Shown here: positions 17,356 to 24,884 of the stretch, piece after piece
How the letters are laid out: each line of letters starts with the position of its first letter
Position numbering within the stretch: position 1 is the first letter of the stretch
Virus record (IMG/VR): IMGVR_UViG_3300025822_000030
Location: 1-24,884 of that record
Length of the DNA stretch: 24,884 nt
Reading direction: 5' to 3' (one strand)
Origin: a virus
Taxonomy: Duplodnaviria > Caudoviricetes
Made by a program: the position numbers and the translations under genes
The notes under the pieces: model-generated
Database searches by the model: none
Told to the model about the DNA's origin: nothing
What the model saw: only the letters and a program-made list of their open reading frames with translations

Positions 17356-17471
17356 TAGAACAGGCAGTCGAGGATTATAATGCCAATGACCAAGCCAGCT
17401 AAAACAGTAAACATCTTTGCTTTCTTTGAAAGAGTTGAGAATTGATCTGCGAGTAATTTAAGATTTTTCAC
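17355..17471 (-). CDS. Small single-TM protein (38 aa, MKNLKLLADQFSTLSKKAKMFTVLAGLVIGIIILDCLF)
   Basis: GTG start overlapping the upstream gene; basic N-terminus then a TM helix; TAATG coupling downstream. Confidence 0.55.
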   Translation of the reverse strand: MKNLKLLADQFSTLSKKAKMFTVLAGLVIGIIILDCLF

Positions 17472-17916
17472 GGGAAGGAGGTTTTACAGGAAATGGTGCG
17501 CGAGTCTGATGTTTAATTGCTTCGGTTTGAGAGCATTGACGGGCAGTTCTTTTTGCTACGAAAATGGGGATACCCAAGTACCCTCCGAGCAGTATTGCCG
17601 CTCCGATTAGAATCTTTTTGATGTAGGATGTGAATGCCTCAAAGCCTGACTTGTGGCTCTCCATGCCCTTTGCCACTAACTCGCTTACATCTCCGTGTGT
17701 GAGTAAATCAAGTTTTTCTTCTGCTTCAATAAGGGCATCTTTGTTTTTGAGTGCCTCGCCAGCTAGTACGCCAGCACCAGCACCTAATGCCGCAGTACCT
17801 GGGCCACCTAGACTACCTACTCCACCTCCAGCTATACCGCCCAAGGTTGGGTAGACAGAGCGCAAACTGCACGATGCCATGCACAACGCCAATACTATTA
17901 TGGCGGTGTAAATCAT
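17458..17916 (-). CDS. Putative lipoprotein with C-terminal TM helix (u-spanin-like topology)
   Basis: Hydrophobic N-terminus ending MAS-C16, glycine zipper, TM ILIGAAILLGGYLGIPIFV, basic tail. Confidence 0.55.
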   Translation of the reverse strand: MIYTAIIVLALCMASCSLRSVYPTLGGIAGGGVGSLGGPGTAALGAGAGVLAGEALKNKDALIEAEEKLDLLTHGDVSELVAKGMESHKSGFEAFTSYIKKILIGAAILLGGYLGIPIFVAKRTARQCSQTEAIKHQTRAPFPVKPPSREKS

Positions 17917-18146
17917 TCGCCAGGAGGTTCGTCAGATGTCCACTCGTCAGTTGCTAGAATAGTGAGCATCTCGGAATGAGTGTATTCGGTCTTACCGCTC
18001 AGAAAGGATGGTTGTTCGCCTTCGTACTTAACGAATGTTTGTGTACCGTCTAGTGAGTAGCGAAGTTTATCTGCATCTGCTTGTAATACCTGGCTAAAGT
18101 CAACCGAACTAACTTCAGATGCGTCTATAATTACATATGTTCTCAT
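17913..18146 (-). CDS. Small phage tail-region protein (77 aa)
   Basis: Coupled by ATGA overlaps; VDFSQV....LRYSLDG...FVKYEG..PSFL. Confidence 0.75.
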   Translation of the reverse strand: MRTYVIIDASEVSSVDFSQVLQADADKLRYSLDGTQTFVKYEGEQPSFLSGKTEYTHSEMLTILATDEWTSDEPPGE

Positions 18147-19033
18147 GGCTTATTAATACTGTATGTTGCTCCTCCGTTACCTGTTCCGTCATTCGTACCA
18201 GCATTCTCTGCATTGACTACTGTGCCTATAGTACCTCCGTTTGTAGGACTTCCGCCACCACTTACAGTATCATTGCCTTCTCCTATTCTGTACCAATTTG
18301 TAAGGTTTGCTGATTTATCATAAGTACCAGCATTAGATGTTGGATCGATTGGCAGTCCGTTATTGTATAAACTAGAAGCATCATCGCCATCTAAAGAAGC
18401 ATTCCAAATAGCTAAATTATCTAACAGTCCGTCAAAATAATTAGTACCCCAACCTGCTTTAGCTATAGAACCATTATTACCAGCTGTTGATTGAGTGGTG
18501 GAAGGGACTGAAGAGGGGGTAGTAGCTACTTGTGAACCGTCAAAATACAAAGTAATAGAACTTCCGTTATAAGTTCCTAATACATGATGCCAAGCATCTG
18601 TTGATCTGTAATCTGTCGGCGAAGCTAAGTTAAGTATACAATTATTAACTGAACCATCGATACCCCATCTAAGTTGGGAGGACGAGTTTAAATAAAATGC
18701 TACACGATTACTGGTACTTGTGCCCGAAGAAAACGGAACTTCTACAGTTGATCCAGCGTAGTCTCTCAAATTAATCCAAAAACCTACAGACAATGTCGCT
18801 GCACTATTAAATCCTGATAAAGTACCCAAGGAAATGTAATCATCTGTGCCGTCAAACTCAGCACTAAACGAGTTAGATACAGCACTTATAGACACGCCGT
18901 CACTATTATACACCCGCCAATTCGTGCCGTCATAGATGATGTAGTTTCTCGTGTCTGTTTCAAAGTAAGCATCACCTGCCGAGGGACTACCTGGACGAGT
19001 GGATGAAGTGATTGATGGTATTGTTGTTGGCAT
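18143..19033 (-). CDS. LamG/concanavalin-like lectin-domain virion protein
   Basis: FDGTDDYI, SVGFWI, WHHVLGTY.G....LYFDG, YFDGLLDNLAIWN..L. Confidence 0.85.
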   Translation of the reverse strand: MPTTIPSITSSTRPGSPSAGDAYFETDTRNYIIYDGTNWRVYNSDGVSISAVSNSFSAEFDGTDDYISLGTLSGFNSAATLSVGFWINLRDYAGSTVEVPFSSGTSTSNRVAFYLNSSSQLRWGIDGSVNNCILNLASPTDYRSTDAWHHVLGTYNGSSITLYFDGSQVATTPSSVPSTTQSTAGNNGSIAKAGWGTNYFDGLLDNLAIWNASLDGDDASSLYNNGLPIDPTSNAGTYDKSANLTNWYRIGEGNDTVSGGGSPTNGGTIGTVVNAENAGTNDGTGNGGATYSINKP

Positions 19034-19038
19034 AGCTA

Positions 19039-19656
19039 TTAAGAATCGTTGTTATAAATGTACCAAGCACCTCCACTATAAATGTAGAAATCATAGGTAT
19101 CTGTACCGAATGCGATGTTAACTTCTCCGCTCGGATTGGTGGGTGTGCTTGCTAAGATGTTTGCTTCGGTGTCTCGTGTTGTGACATTGAATAGAGCTAC
19201 TGCATTTAAAAATGTTCCACTAATATTAGCAGTTGTAAAGCCACTCGAAGCTAAAGTAATACCTGTGACTCCAGCATTCGTTGAAGCTGGGTTTGTCAGA
19301 GTAAAGGTAATAACAGTATCTGAACCTGTTGGTACGCTTTGACCTCCAGCAACTGTAAGAACTAATGTACCTGATGACTGAGTCCATGATCCACTTGATC
19401 CAAAGATTGCCGCATTAGTACCTCCAACTGTTAATGAAGCATTGTCAGATGTCTGCGATCCTGTAAGTCCAGCTATAGTTAAAGTAGAACCAGCACTTAT
19501 TGATGCAGATGGATTAACTGTGAAGGTTAAGGTGTTAGAGTTGCCAATAGCAGTCTGTCCATTCTCAAGAGTAGCAGTATCAAAAGTCTCAAGTGGTACA
19601 GGTGGTACAGTAGGACTGCCTATGACCCCCAACCCAAATGTAGGAAGAACGAACAT
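19039..19656 (-). CDS. Ser/Thr/Gly-rich virion structural protein, possibly Ig-like
   Basis: Beta-strand periodicity; tail-gene context. Confidence 0.65.
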   Translation of the reverse strand: MFVLPTFGLGVIGSPTVPPVPLETFDTATLENGQTAIGNSNTLTFTVNPSASISAGSTLTIAGLTGSQTSDNASLTVGGTNAAIFGSSGSWTQSSGTLVLTVAGGQSVPTGSDTVITFTLTNPASTNAGVTGITLASSGFTTANISGTFLNAVALFNVTTRDTEANILASTPTNPSGEVNIAFGTDTYDFYIYSGGAWYIYNNDS

Positions 19657-19658
19657 TC

Positions 19659-20183
19659 TTAGGAAGCTGTGTCTCCAGCTAAGACAAACACATCATCAGC
19701 GTAGGCAACTAAACTTGCTACTCCAAACTGAGCATTGATCTTGGTGTGTGATTGTCTGTTATTAATAGTAGTACCTGAAGCACTAAAGCTGACTTGACCA
19801 GCACCCTTCTGTACGAAACTACAATTAAACCCAGCACCTAGTCCGCTTGGAACTGTTACTGTAATAGCTGACCCATTATTAAGGACTACTACCTTACCAT
19901 TATCTCCAGCTAATAAAGTGTATGCAGTACCTGTTTGATCGTTCAGAGTCGCATCGAATCCAAGGATTGCAGTGCCTCCGAAATCTCCGTCTGTAAGATC
20001 ACCAGCATCAACTGTAACTGTTCCCGTTCGTCCGGCAACCGATTGGACGGGAGATGCTCCCATCAAATTTGTAACGGTTACTTTTTTCGTTGTAGGAGTC
20101 CCACTCACATCGGTGATTGGAATGATATCCGCACCGGCGGGAGTTGTGCCTAAAGCGGTTAATGCTGAAATTTTCTTATTCAT
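19659..20183 (-). CDS. Tail fiber/spike-associated structural protein
   Basis: KKISAL....P..ADIIPI.D....TKKVT N-terminus, VQSVAGRTGTV, YTL..GD.GK, L.GDT C-terminus. Confidence 0.75.
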   Translation of the reverse strand: MNKKISALTALGTTPAGADIIPITDVSGTPTTKKVTVTNLMGASPVQSVAGRTGTVTVDAGDLTDGDFGGTAILGFDATLNDQTGTAYTLLAGDNGKVVVLNNGSAITVTVPSGLGAGFNCSFVQKGAGQVSFSASGTTINNRQSHTKINAQFGVASLVAYADDVFVLAGDTAS

Positions 20184-20188
20184 AGTTT

Positions 20189-20329
20189 TTAATCAAAAGC
20201 TAAAATGCTCCCGTCTTCTGTGTTTAAAAAAGCCCCGTTTTCTGCCCTCAATGCACCATCTATCGGCGGACCGACTGCATTATCTGCATCGGTGTCCCCA
20301 ACTAAGAGTCCTAGGCAGTTAAAAGGCAT
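20189..20329 (-). CDS. Small virion-associated protein (46 aa, MPFNCLG...LRAENGAFLNTEDGSILAFD)
   Basis: Fills the gap exactly with TAATG coupling; LxxExG repeats. Confidence 0.65.
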   Translation of the reverse strand: MPFNCLGLLVGDTDADNAVGPPIDGALRAENGAFLNTEDGSILAFD

Positions 20330-20589
20330 TACTGTTTATAGGCCAAACAGCTTCCACTCGCCAAAGTGAAACTCGTGCATTCACCATAAATTACTTGGCC
20401 TTGCGAAAAAGTAGTCCCGTCTGAAATTAATGCGGATACATTTTCCACTTTACCGACATATGCAGATAAAACTGAATCCTCGGTGAATTGAATTGATGTG
20501 AATGTGCCAGCGTGAGCCGCTGTATCGTTAGCGTAAAGGCTTCCGCCAGCTCCCATTGCATTTAGAATATTTACTCCTGATAGTCCCAT
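20329..20589 (-). CDS. Hypothetical structural protein (86 aa)
   Basis: Operon-coupled ORF in the structural module. Confidence 0.7.
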   Translation of the reverse strand: MGLSGVNILNAMGAGGSLYANDTAAHAGTFTSIQFTEDSVLSAYVGKVENVSALISDGTTFSQGQVIYGECTSFTLASGSCLAYKQ

Positions 20590-20593
20590 AATA

Positions 20594-21226
20594 TTATACT
20601 GTTGTTAAAATGTTAACTCCGAACGAGTAGCTCGGATATGTGTTGACTGATATTTTGTTCATTCCTTCTAGGCGTTCGACTCGGTCGATTTCGAGTGCCA
20701 AGGTTTCTTCCGCCATTTGTTCTTGCTGGATCGCTTTTTCAAGCTGGCCGTCTGATTTGTACCAGTCTGCAATGGTTGCTAATAATAAGTACCTCTCCAA
20801 GAATCTTGGGAGGTCGGGATCGCCTGACTCACCATAACTCGAAGGTGTTACCTGGTTACCCATTACAAAGACTGAACTTTGAGACGAATTGGCGGGTAAT
20901 ACTAAGTACCCATTGATTAAATTGTAATCCAACTTGAATGCGGTTCTCTCCGATAATGGATTCTTATCGAAGACCGAAAACACATCCATCAGATTTGCAT
21001 CGTTGTCGATTTGAACCGCCTTGTCTGCAACGATTGGCGAGGTAACGGCGGCAACAGATTTCTCCACTACTGTCATTAGCTCGGGCCATTGTGCGCGGGT
21101 CCATGCTCCTTTTACTCGGTCATTTAACGAGTTCTTGAAAGCTGTTTCTTCTACCGATAATAATGTGTCCACCCCGATGGCCGAGGTGAATCGATTTTTA
21201 AGTTCGGTGTAGGTTACAGTTCTCAA
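20594..21226 (-). CDS. Head-tail adaptor / tail tubular protein A-like
   Basis: Size, position after the capsid gene, N-terminal TY.EL helix and W....WPE motif. Confidence 0.6.
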   Translation of the reverse strand: MRTVTYTELKNRFTSAIGVDTLLSVEETAFKNSLNDRVKGAWTRAQWPELMTVVEKSVAAVTSPIVADKAVQIDNDANLMDVFSVFDKNPLSERTAFKLDYNLINGYLVLPANSSQSSVFVMGNQVTPSSYGESGDPDLPRFLERYLLLATIADWYKSDGQLEKAIQQEQMAEETLALEIDRVERLEGMNKISVNTYPSYSFGVNILTTV

Positions 21227-21528
21227 CTTCCGATTACCGTTTCGGGGTTGGCTTTTGCGAAGTCTTTAGAATATTGAGGGTCGGACATACAGCCTGGTCT
21301 TTCCTGTTCATGCCTCATGTAAGTAGATAAATCTACGGACCGAACGGCTCGGAGGTTCTTACCCCCGCCGACAGATTGGCCGTATTTACGAGCGGCTAAT
21401 GCTCTTTGCTTATATCCGGCTTTTTCTTGTGCGGCTTGTCGGTCAACTTTCTTGGCCAAGTAATGAGCCATTTCTTCGCCCGACATTCCGCTTCTCTTAC
21501 CGCCTTTTACTATTATATTTAAGCTCAT
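21223..21528 (-). CDS. Hypothetical protein (101 aa)
   Basis: Coupled ORF downstream of the capsid terminator. Confidence 0.7.
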   Translation of the reverse strand: MSLNIIVKGGKRSGMSGEEMAHYLAKKVDRQAAQEKAGYKQRALAARKYGQSVGGGKNLRAVRSVDLSTYMRHEQERPGCMSDPQYSKDFAKANPETVIGS

Positions 21529-21537
21529 ATTTTAAAG

Positions 21538-21574
21538 AAAAAAGGGAGGCCGGCCACTACCCAACCGGCCTCCC
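21538..21574 (-). terminator. Rho-independent terminator after the major capsid gene
   Basis: 10-bp stem GGGAGGCCGG/CCGGCCTCCC, 11-nt loop, followed by U6 on the minus strand. Confidence 0.88.
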
Positions 21575-21602
21575 AAAATAACACCAAATAAACCAATTAA
21601 AC

Positions 21603-22631
21603 CTAAACTATTGAACCAAGCGCGCGTGGGTTGGATACGCGAATCGTAGCCATACACTCTGTAAATGCGCGTTTCCCAGCACCGTTGTCAGGAAGATCCT
21701 GAACGGTCATGCCTTCCAAGAACTTCAAGGAAACAGTGTCATCAGATGGAAGGAGATATCCTCGATCTGTGTTAACAGTTCCCAGTGCTGTACTTGTTCC
21801 ACTTGCTCCAGCATCCCTACGCCCGTTCCACAAAGTAGGGATTATGTCCACTACACCATAGTCCGAAATGTACTGGACCACTGATAATTTCAAGATACCA
21901 TCCTTAACATCCTGGTTAAAGTTAAAGTCACTGTTTGCAGTGGTGGATCTCGTATAGTCCGTTATTTTATTAACGCAATTTGGGCCGGCATATAACTTAA
22001 AAGAGCCTTTAGAACCAGCGGCAGTGTAAACAGCCTGAAGTAATCCACGGAAAGCAGATTCGGTCAAACTTGCAAGACTTACACGAGAACCACTTACTGC
22101 ACGGAAACCTTGTTTTAAGGTTGTGTCGAAAGTGTTACCAGTTGCAGTTGGGTCAGACCAAATTCCAAGTCCGCACATCGTAGCTCCAGCAGAACCTGAG
22201 CCAGCGGCTTGATCGTTGTTTGAAGCGATTGCCACTTCAAGGCTGTTCTTCAACTGAATTAAAGATTTTGCAGTTGAGGCCGCAAAGAGAGATCCACCAG
22301 GAGCAACATCAACCATTTCGGCCTGACGAGAAACTGCGAAGATATCCCTAAGTGTTGCCACCCGGTTACCTAGACGAGCGCGGCTATCAATTAAGTTAGC
22401 GGCATTCGACAGAGTAATATCTACACCGTCTGCGTTTGTTGCGGCACTTGAGCCGGCGGGATCAGCGAGTGAATCAACTAACCATTCATTAAGAGTCGCT
22501 TTGGGAGCGGCGGATTGAGAAATCGTGCTGTAAATTGGAGTCTCTTGTGGAGAAACCGTTTTCATCACATTTTCTAAATTTTCGCGTGAGCCCTTGGTAC
22601 TCAACACGTTATACGAAGTTGCTATAGCCAT
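21603..22631 (-). CDS. Major capsid protein (DUF5309/SU10-like)
   Basis: G.RENL......VSP.ETP, EWLVDSL, R.GN, K.LE signature; downstream of scaffold; followed by a terminator. Confidence 0.85.
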   Translation of the reverse strand: MAIATSYNVLSTKGSRENLENVMKTVSPQETPIYSTISQSAAPKATLNEWLVDSLADPAGSSAATNADGVDITLSNAANLIDSRARLGNRVATLRDIFAVSRQAEMVDVAPGGSLFAASTAKSLIQLKNSLEVAIASNNDQAAGSGSAGATMCGLGIWSDPTATGNTFDTTLKQGFRAVSGSRVSLASLTESAFRGLLQAVYTAAGSKGSFKLYAGPNCVNKITDYTRSTTANSDFNFNQDVKDGILKLSVVQYISDYGVVDIIPTLWNGRRDAGASGTSTALGTVNTDRGYLLPSDDTVSLKFLEGMTVQDLPDNGAGKRAFTECMATIRVSNPRALGSIV

Positions 22632-22667
22632 TTTATATATTCCTTATTTTAAGATTTTTAAATTTTT

Positions 22668-23693
22668 TTAGTCCGCAAGAAATGCGGCGAGATCGTTGAC
22701 CGAGAGATTTTTACGCTCCAAAATTTTCTGTTTATTTGCAGTCTGCCTAGTGGCTGAGGTTTGTACCGGTGGGGATGAATCGCCCATCGTTGTCGGAGGT
22801 GCTTTGGCTACCCTTTTGGCTTTCGGTTTGGCCGACTTGGCCGCCTGATCTGATTTAATCGCTTCAACTCCTCGAACGAGTGTTGCCGCTACAAAATCGC
22901 CATTAGGTAGGGATTTGAGAATGTCGGCATACTGACTTTTTATCTGACCTAAAACGGATCTCCGTTCTTCGGCTTGGTCTGTATCGACTGTTTCTGAAAT
23001 CCACGGGTGAGTATTGATCGTATCCTGTTGCCACTGAGCGGATGCCTGGAGATATTGCGCCCTTTCGGGTATTTTCTCCGTTAGATAATCTTCTGCTTGG
23101 GTGAGAATATTTCTGATATCCTCATCGGCATATTCCTTCCCATCGACTTCGATAAAATCTTTTCCGATGTGTTGGAGCGACCAACGCTTGGCGGCAAGAG
23201 CTTCCTTCCGAAGAGTTTCCAATGACTGAAAGTCCTGGACTTCTTCGAGAGCTGGCTGACTGGATTCCGATTGCTTTTGAGGGGTGGATTTTAATGATGC
23301 AATTTCTGATTTTAGTGTTTCGGCAAGCTCATCTCCTGCTTTTGCGCGAGCGGTCAAGCGGTTCACCTGTTTCAGAAGTTTACCAACAGCTTTAGACTGC
23401 GGCTCATTGTCCCCCGATTCTTCAGTGGACTCCTCCTCTTCTGCTATCTCTTCCGTTTCCTCTTCTGATTCCTCAGATTCGGTAGACTGTAAAAGAACAT
23501 CTGTATCCTGGTCGGTCTCTGCGTCTGCGGTAGTAGTCTCGGGACTTGGTTCCGCTTCAGATTCCTCTTTCGCTTCACTCTCCTCAACTTTGTCAACGAA
23601 CGATGCCGTTAACTCCTCAAGGGTCGTAATGCTTTGCGTGTTTGTTTCTGCTTCTGTCGTAGCCGGAGCCTCGCTAATTTCTGTATCTGCCAT
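22668..23693 (-). CDS. Capsid scaffolding protein
   Basis: Very acidic N-terminus, coiled coil KQVNRLTAR, basic C-terminus; precedes the capsid gene; start chosen at MADTEISE. Confidence 0.78.
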   Translation of the reverse strand: MADTEISEAPATTEAETNTQSITTLEELTASFVDKVEESEAKEESEAEPSPETTTADAETDQDTDVLLQSTESEESEEETEEIAEEEESTEESGDNEPQSKAVGKLLKQVNRLTARAKAGDELAETLKSEIASLKSTPQKQSESSQPALEEVQDFQSLETLRKEALAAKRWSLQHIGKDFIEVDGKEYADEDIRNILTQAEDYLTEKIPERAQYLQASAQWQQDTINTHPWISETVDTDQAEERRSVLGQIKSQYADILKSLPNGDFVAATLVRGVEAIKSDQAAKSAKPKAKRVAKAPPTTMGDSSPPVQTSATRQTANKQKILERKNLSVNDLAAFLAD

Positions 23694-23709
23694 ATTTTCT
23701 CTGCGTTTG

Positions 23710-23760
23710 GGAAGTTCGCACTCTTGCGTTTTCTGCGTACCGAAATGGTTCGCCACTTCC
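23710..23760 (-). promoter_or_regulatory. Putative three-way-junction RNA leader upstream of the scaffold gene
   Basis: GGAAGU/ACUUCC closing two hairpins (GCG-A-ACC/GGU-A-CGC and CGCA/UGCG), ending 16 nt before the AUG. Confidence 0.4.
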
Positions 23761-23788
23761 GATTATGACAGGGGGCCAATAAAAATTT

Positions 23789-24220
23789 TCAGGAAGTTTT
23801 AAATAAGTCCCACGCTTCCCGATATTTCTCGTGCTTGGCTTTGGACTCGGGGTTGTCCGGGTAAACCGCAACTGTTAATGCTCCATCGAGAGCCATACAT
23901 GGGATTAGATACCAGGTGTTTATGTCGGCACAAAATATTGCCACTATATCGACTTTTGTGCAGTCTAGTGGTTGCTTTACTACCCGCCCAGTAGTCGTGG
24001 AAAATCGATACCGTTTGCACCCGTTTTTTCTTTCCCCTTTGCTTGACTTTTCAGACCCCTTAATTTGGACATTAAAATTTTTGCCCGCCGAATTTACGAG
24101 GATACAGTCAACTGGTAAATGGTCACCTAGTGGGATGAAAACTTCCAACCCATTCTTTAACGCTTCAGTGAAGAAAGTCTGCTCGTAAATGTAGCCCTTA
24201 CGCTTCGTGTTCTTCGTCAT
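23789..24220 (-). CDS. PD-(D/E)XK endonuclease (I-Ssp6803I/PDDEXK_5-like)
   Basis: KG...E......L..G..VFIPLGD...VD.IL......VQIK...VDIVAIF......WYLIP. Confidence 0.8.
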   Translation of the reverse strand: MTKNTKRKGYIYEQTFFTEALKNGLEVFIPLGDHLPVDCILVNSAGKNFNVQIKGSEKSSKGERKNGCKRYRFSTTTGRVVKQPLDCTKVDIVAIFCADINTWYLIPCMALDGALTVAVYPDNPESKAKHEKYREAWDLFKTS

Positions 24221-24392
24221 CGAGGCTCATGTCGCACTCAAAATCAACAACTTCCTCGTCCATCCATTCTTCAACATCGGTCAGGGCGATTTGTGCCATC
24301 TCATGGTCATCGATATCACTCTCTTCTAGCCAGCGATTTAGCATGGCTCGATGTTCGTTTTTAAATTGCTGATGGGGTGTCAGTTTCGGCAT
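24198..24392 (-). CDS. Acidic hypothetical protein (64 aa)
   Basis: Overlapping ORF chain. Confidence 0.65.
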   Translation of the reverse strand: MPKLTPHQQFKNEHRAMLNRWLEESDIDDHEMAQIALTDVEEWMDEEVVDFECDMSLDDEEHEA

Positions 24393-24585
24393 TTTCTAAG
24401 CTTTCAATTATTCGGGTTAATCCAGCAATCTCACCACTTAGTCGGGCGAGTTTTTGCGGGTTGTCTACATGGGTATAGTCCTGAAAATCGACTAAGCACA
24501 TATCCCTCTGTTCGAGGATAAATGATTTTACTGTTAGCCATTCGGTCTGTTCCCCGAGGCCGTTAATCGCATCTGCTAAAGTCAT
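24361..24585 (-). CDS. Small helical protein downstream of portal (74 aa)
   Basis: Typical size and position; LARLSGEIAGL. Confidence 0.7.
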   Translation of the reverse strand: MTLADAINGLGEQTEWLTVKSFILEQRDMCLVDFQDYTHVDNPQKLARLSGEIAGLTRIIESLENAETDTPSAI

Positions 24586-24725
24586 TTGCGTTTTTTTGCA
24601 GTTTTTGCCGCCTTCTTAAACGCACTGGCAGATGGTGCGCCTTTTGCTCCGGGCTTTCTCATTCGTTCCTTTGATCCGGCTTTTATTCGTGCCTTCTTTT
24701 TGGCGATATTTCTGTATAAGCTCAT
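24582..24725 (-). CDS. Small very basic protein (47 aa, MSLYRNIAKKKARIKAGSKERMRKPGAKGAPSASAFKKAAKTAKKRK)
   Basis: Not in the ORF track; ATGA coupling downstream; LYxNI...MRKPGxKGAP pattern recalled from aquatic phages. Confidence 0.75.
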   Translation of the reverse strand: MSLYRNIAKKKARIKAGSKERMRKPGAKGAPSASAFKKAAKTAKKRK

Positions 24726-24736
24726 GGTAATTTTAG

Positions 24737-24884
24737 TTAAGCGGCCATCGATGTACCTGGTACATTGCCGGGAGCAGTCCCGAGTTGGCCAATTAGTGCG
24801 TTGCGATTCTGTGCTTCCATTTGTTCAAGCTGACCCGCATATGTCTGAAGTCTCTTGGCAAAGTTTTCGTCCTCTTGCATACGA
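24737..24884 (-). CDS. Probable portal protein C-terminus (partial)
   Basis: Open frame RMQEDENFAKRLQTYAGQLEQMEAQNRNALIGQLGTAPGNVPGTSMAA*; position upstream of scaffold and capsid. Confidence 0.55.
   Translation of the reverse strand, partial: RMQEDENFAKRLQTYAGQLEQMEAQNRNALIGQLGTAPGNVPGTSMAA

Larger units (their letters stand above)
1..24884. mobile_element. Tailed dsDNA (podovirus-like, probably temperate) phage genome segment
   Basis: Portal-scaffold-capsid-adaptor-nozzle-ejection gene order, phage-type recombination genes, a tyrosine recombinase, tightly coupled ORFs; no tape measure or sheath gene seen. Confidence 0.93.

Noticed and set aside
14011-19656. Diversity-generating retroelement acting on tail genes
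   Set aside because: No reverse transcriptase and no TR/VR repeat pair noticed
5883-21581. Many 60-116 aa alternative-frame or antisense ORFs within structural genes
   Set aside because: Nested in or antisense to motif-bearing genes; none shows a convincing lipobox or domain
23694-23756. N-terminal extension of the scaffold ORF
   Set aside because: Composition differs from the acidic N-terminus; the downstream ATG has an A-rich leader like other genes
23284-23802. 172-aa Ser-rich plus-strand ORF
   Set aside because: Antisense shadow of the Glu-rich scaffold codons
1-24884. tRNA, rRNA or intron elements
   Set aside because: Intergenic spaces are short and show no cloverleaf or intron core by eye; tRNAscan/Infernal were not run

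Overview
The whole window reads as part of a tailed dsDNA phage genome with podovirus-like gene order, probably temperate. No cellular housekeeping context is visible. Most genes are on the minus strand. From the right end they are: portal C-terminus, small ORFs, a free-standing PD-(D/E)XK endonuclease, scaffold, major capsid protein with terminator, adaptor and tail proteins, a small lysis-like membrane cluster, nozzle, tail-collar protein, and three ejection-type proteins. The last of these is a 2155-aa polyvalent protein with a HExxH motif and a C-terminal array of ADP-ribosyltransferase-like modules separated by a recurring (K/R)LFMP motif. A divergent plus-strand XerC-like recombinase lies next to an AT-rich control region holding a 28-bp dif-like site, phased palindromes and a 31-bp inverted repeat. 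The left part is an early/replication operon: HTH protein, RuvC-like resolvase, SSB-like protein, stand-alone DnaA domain IV and an exonuclease. The best candidates for new biology are the FMP-delimited injected effector cassette array and the self-encoded XerC plus dif-like site. All family calls come from recognising motifs by eye; no searches were run.
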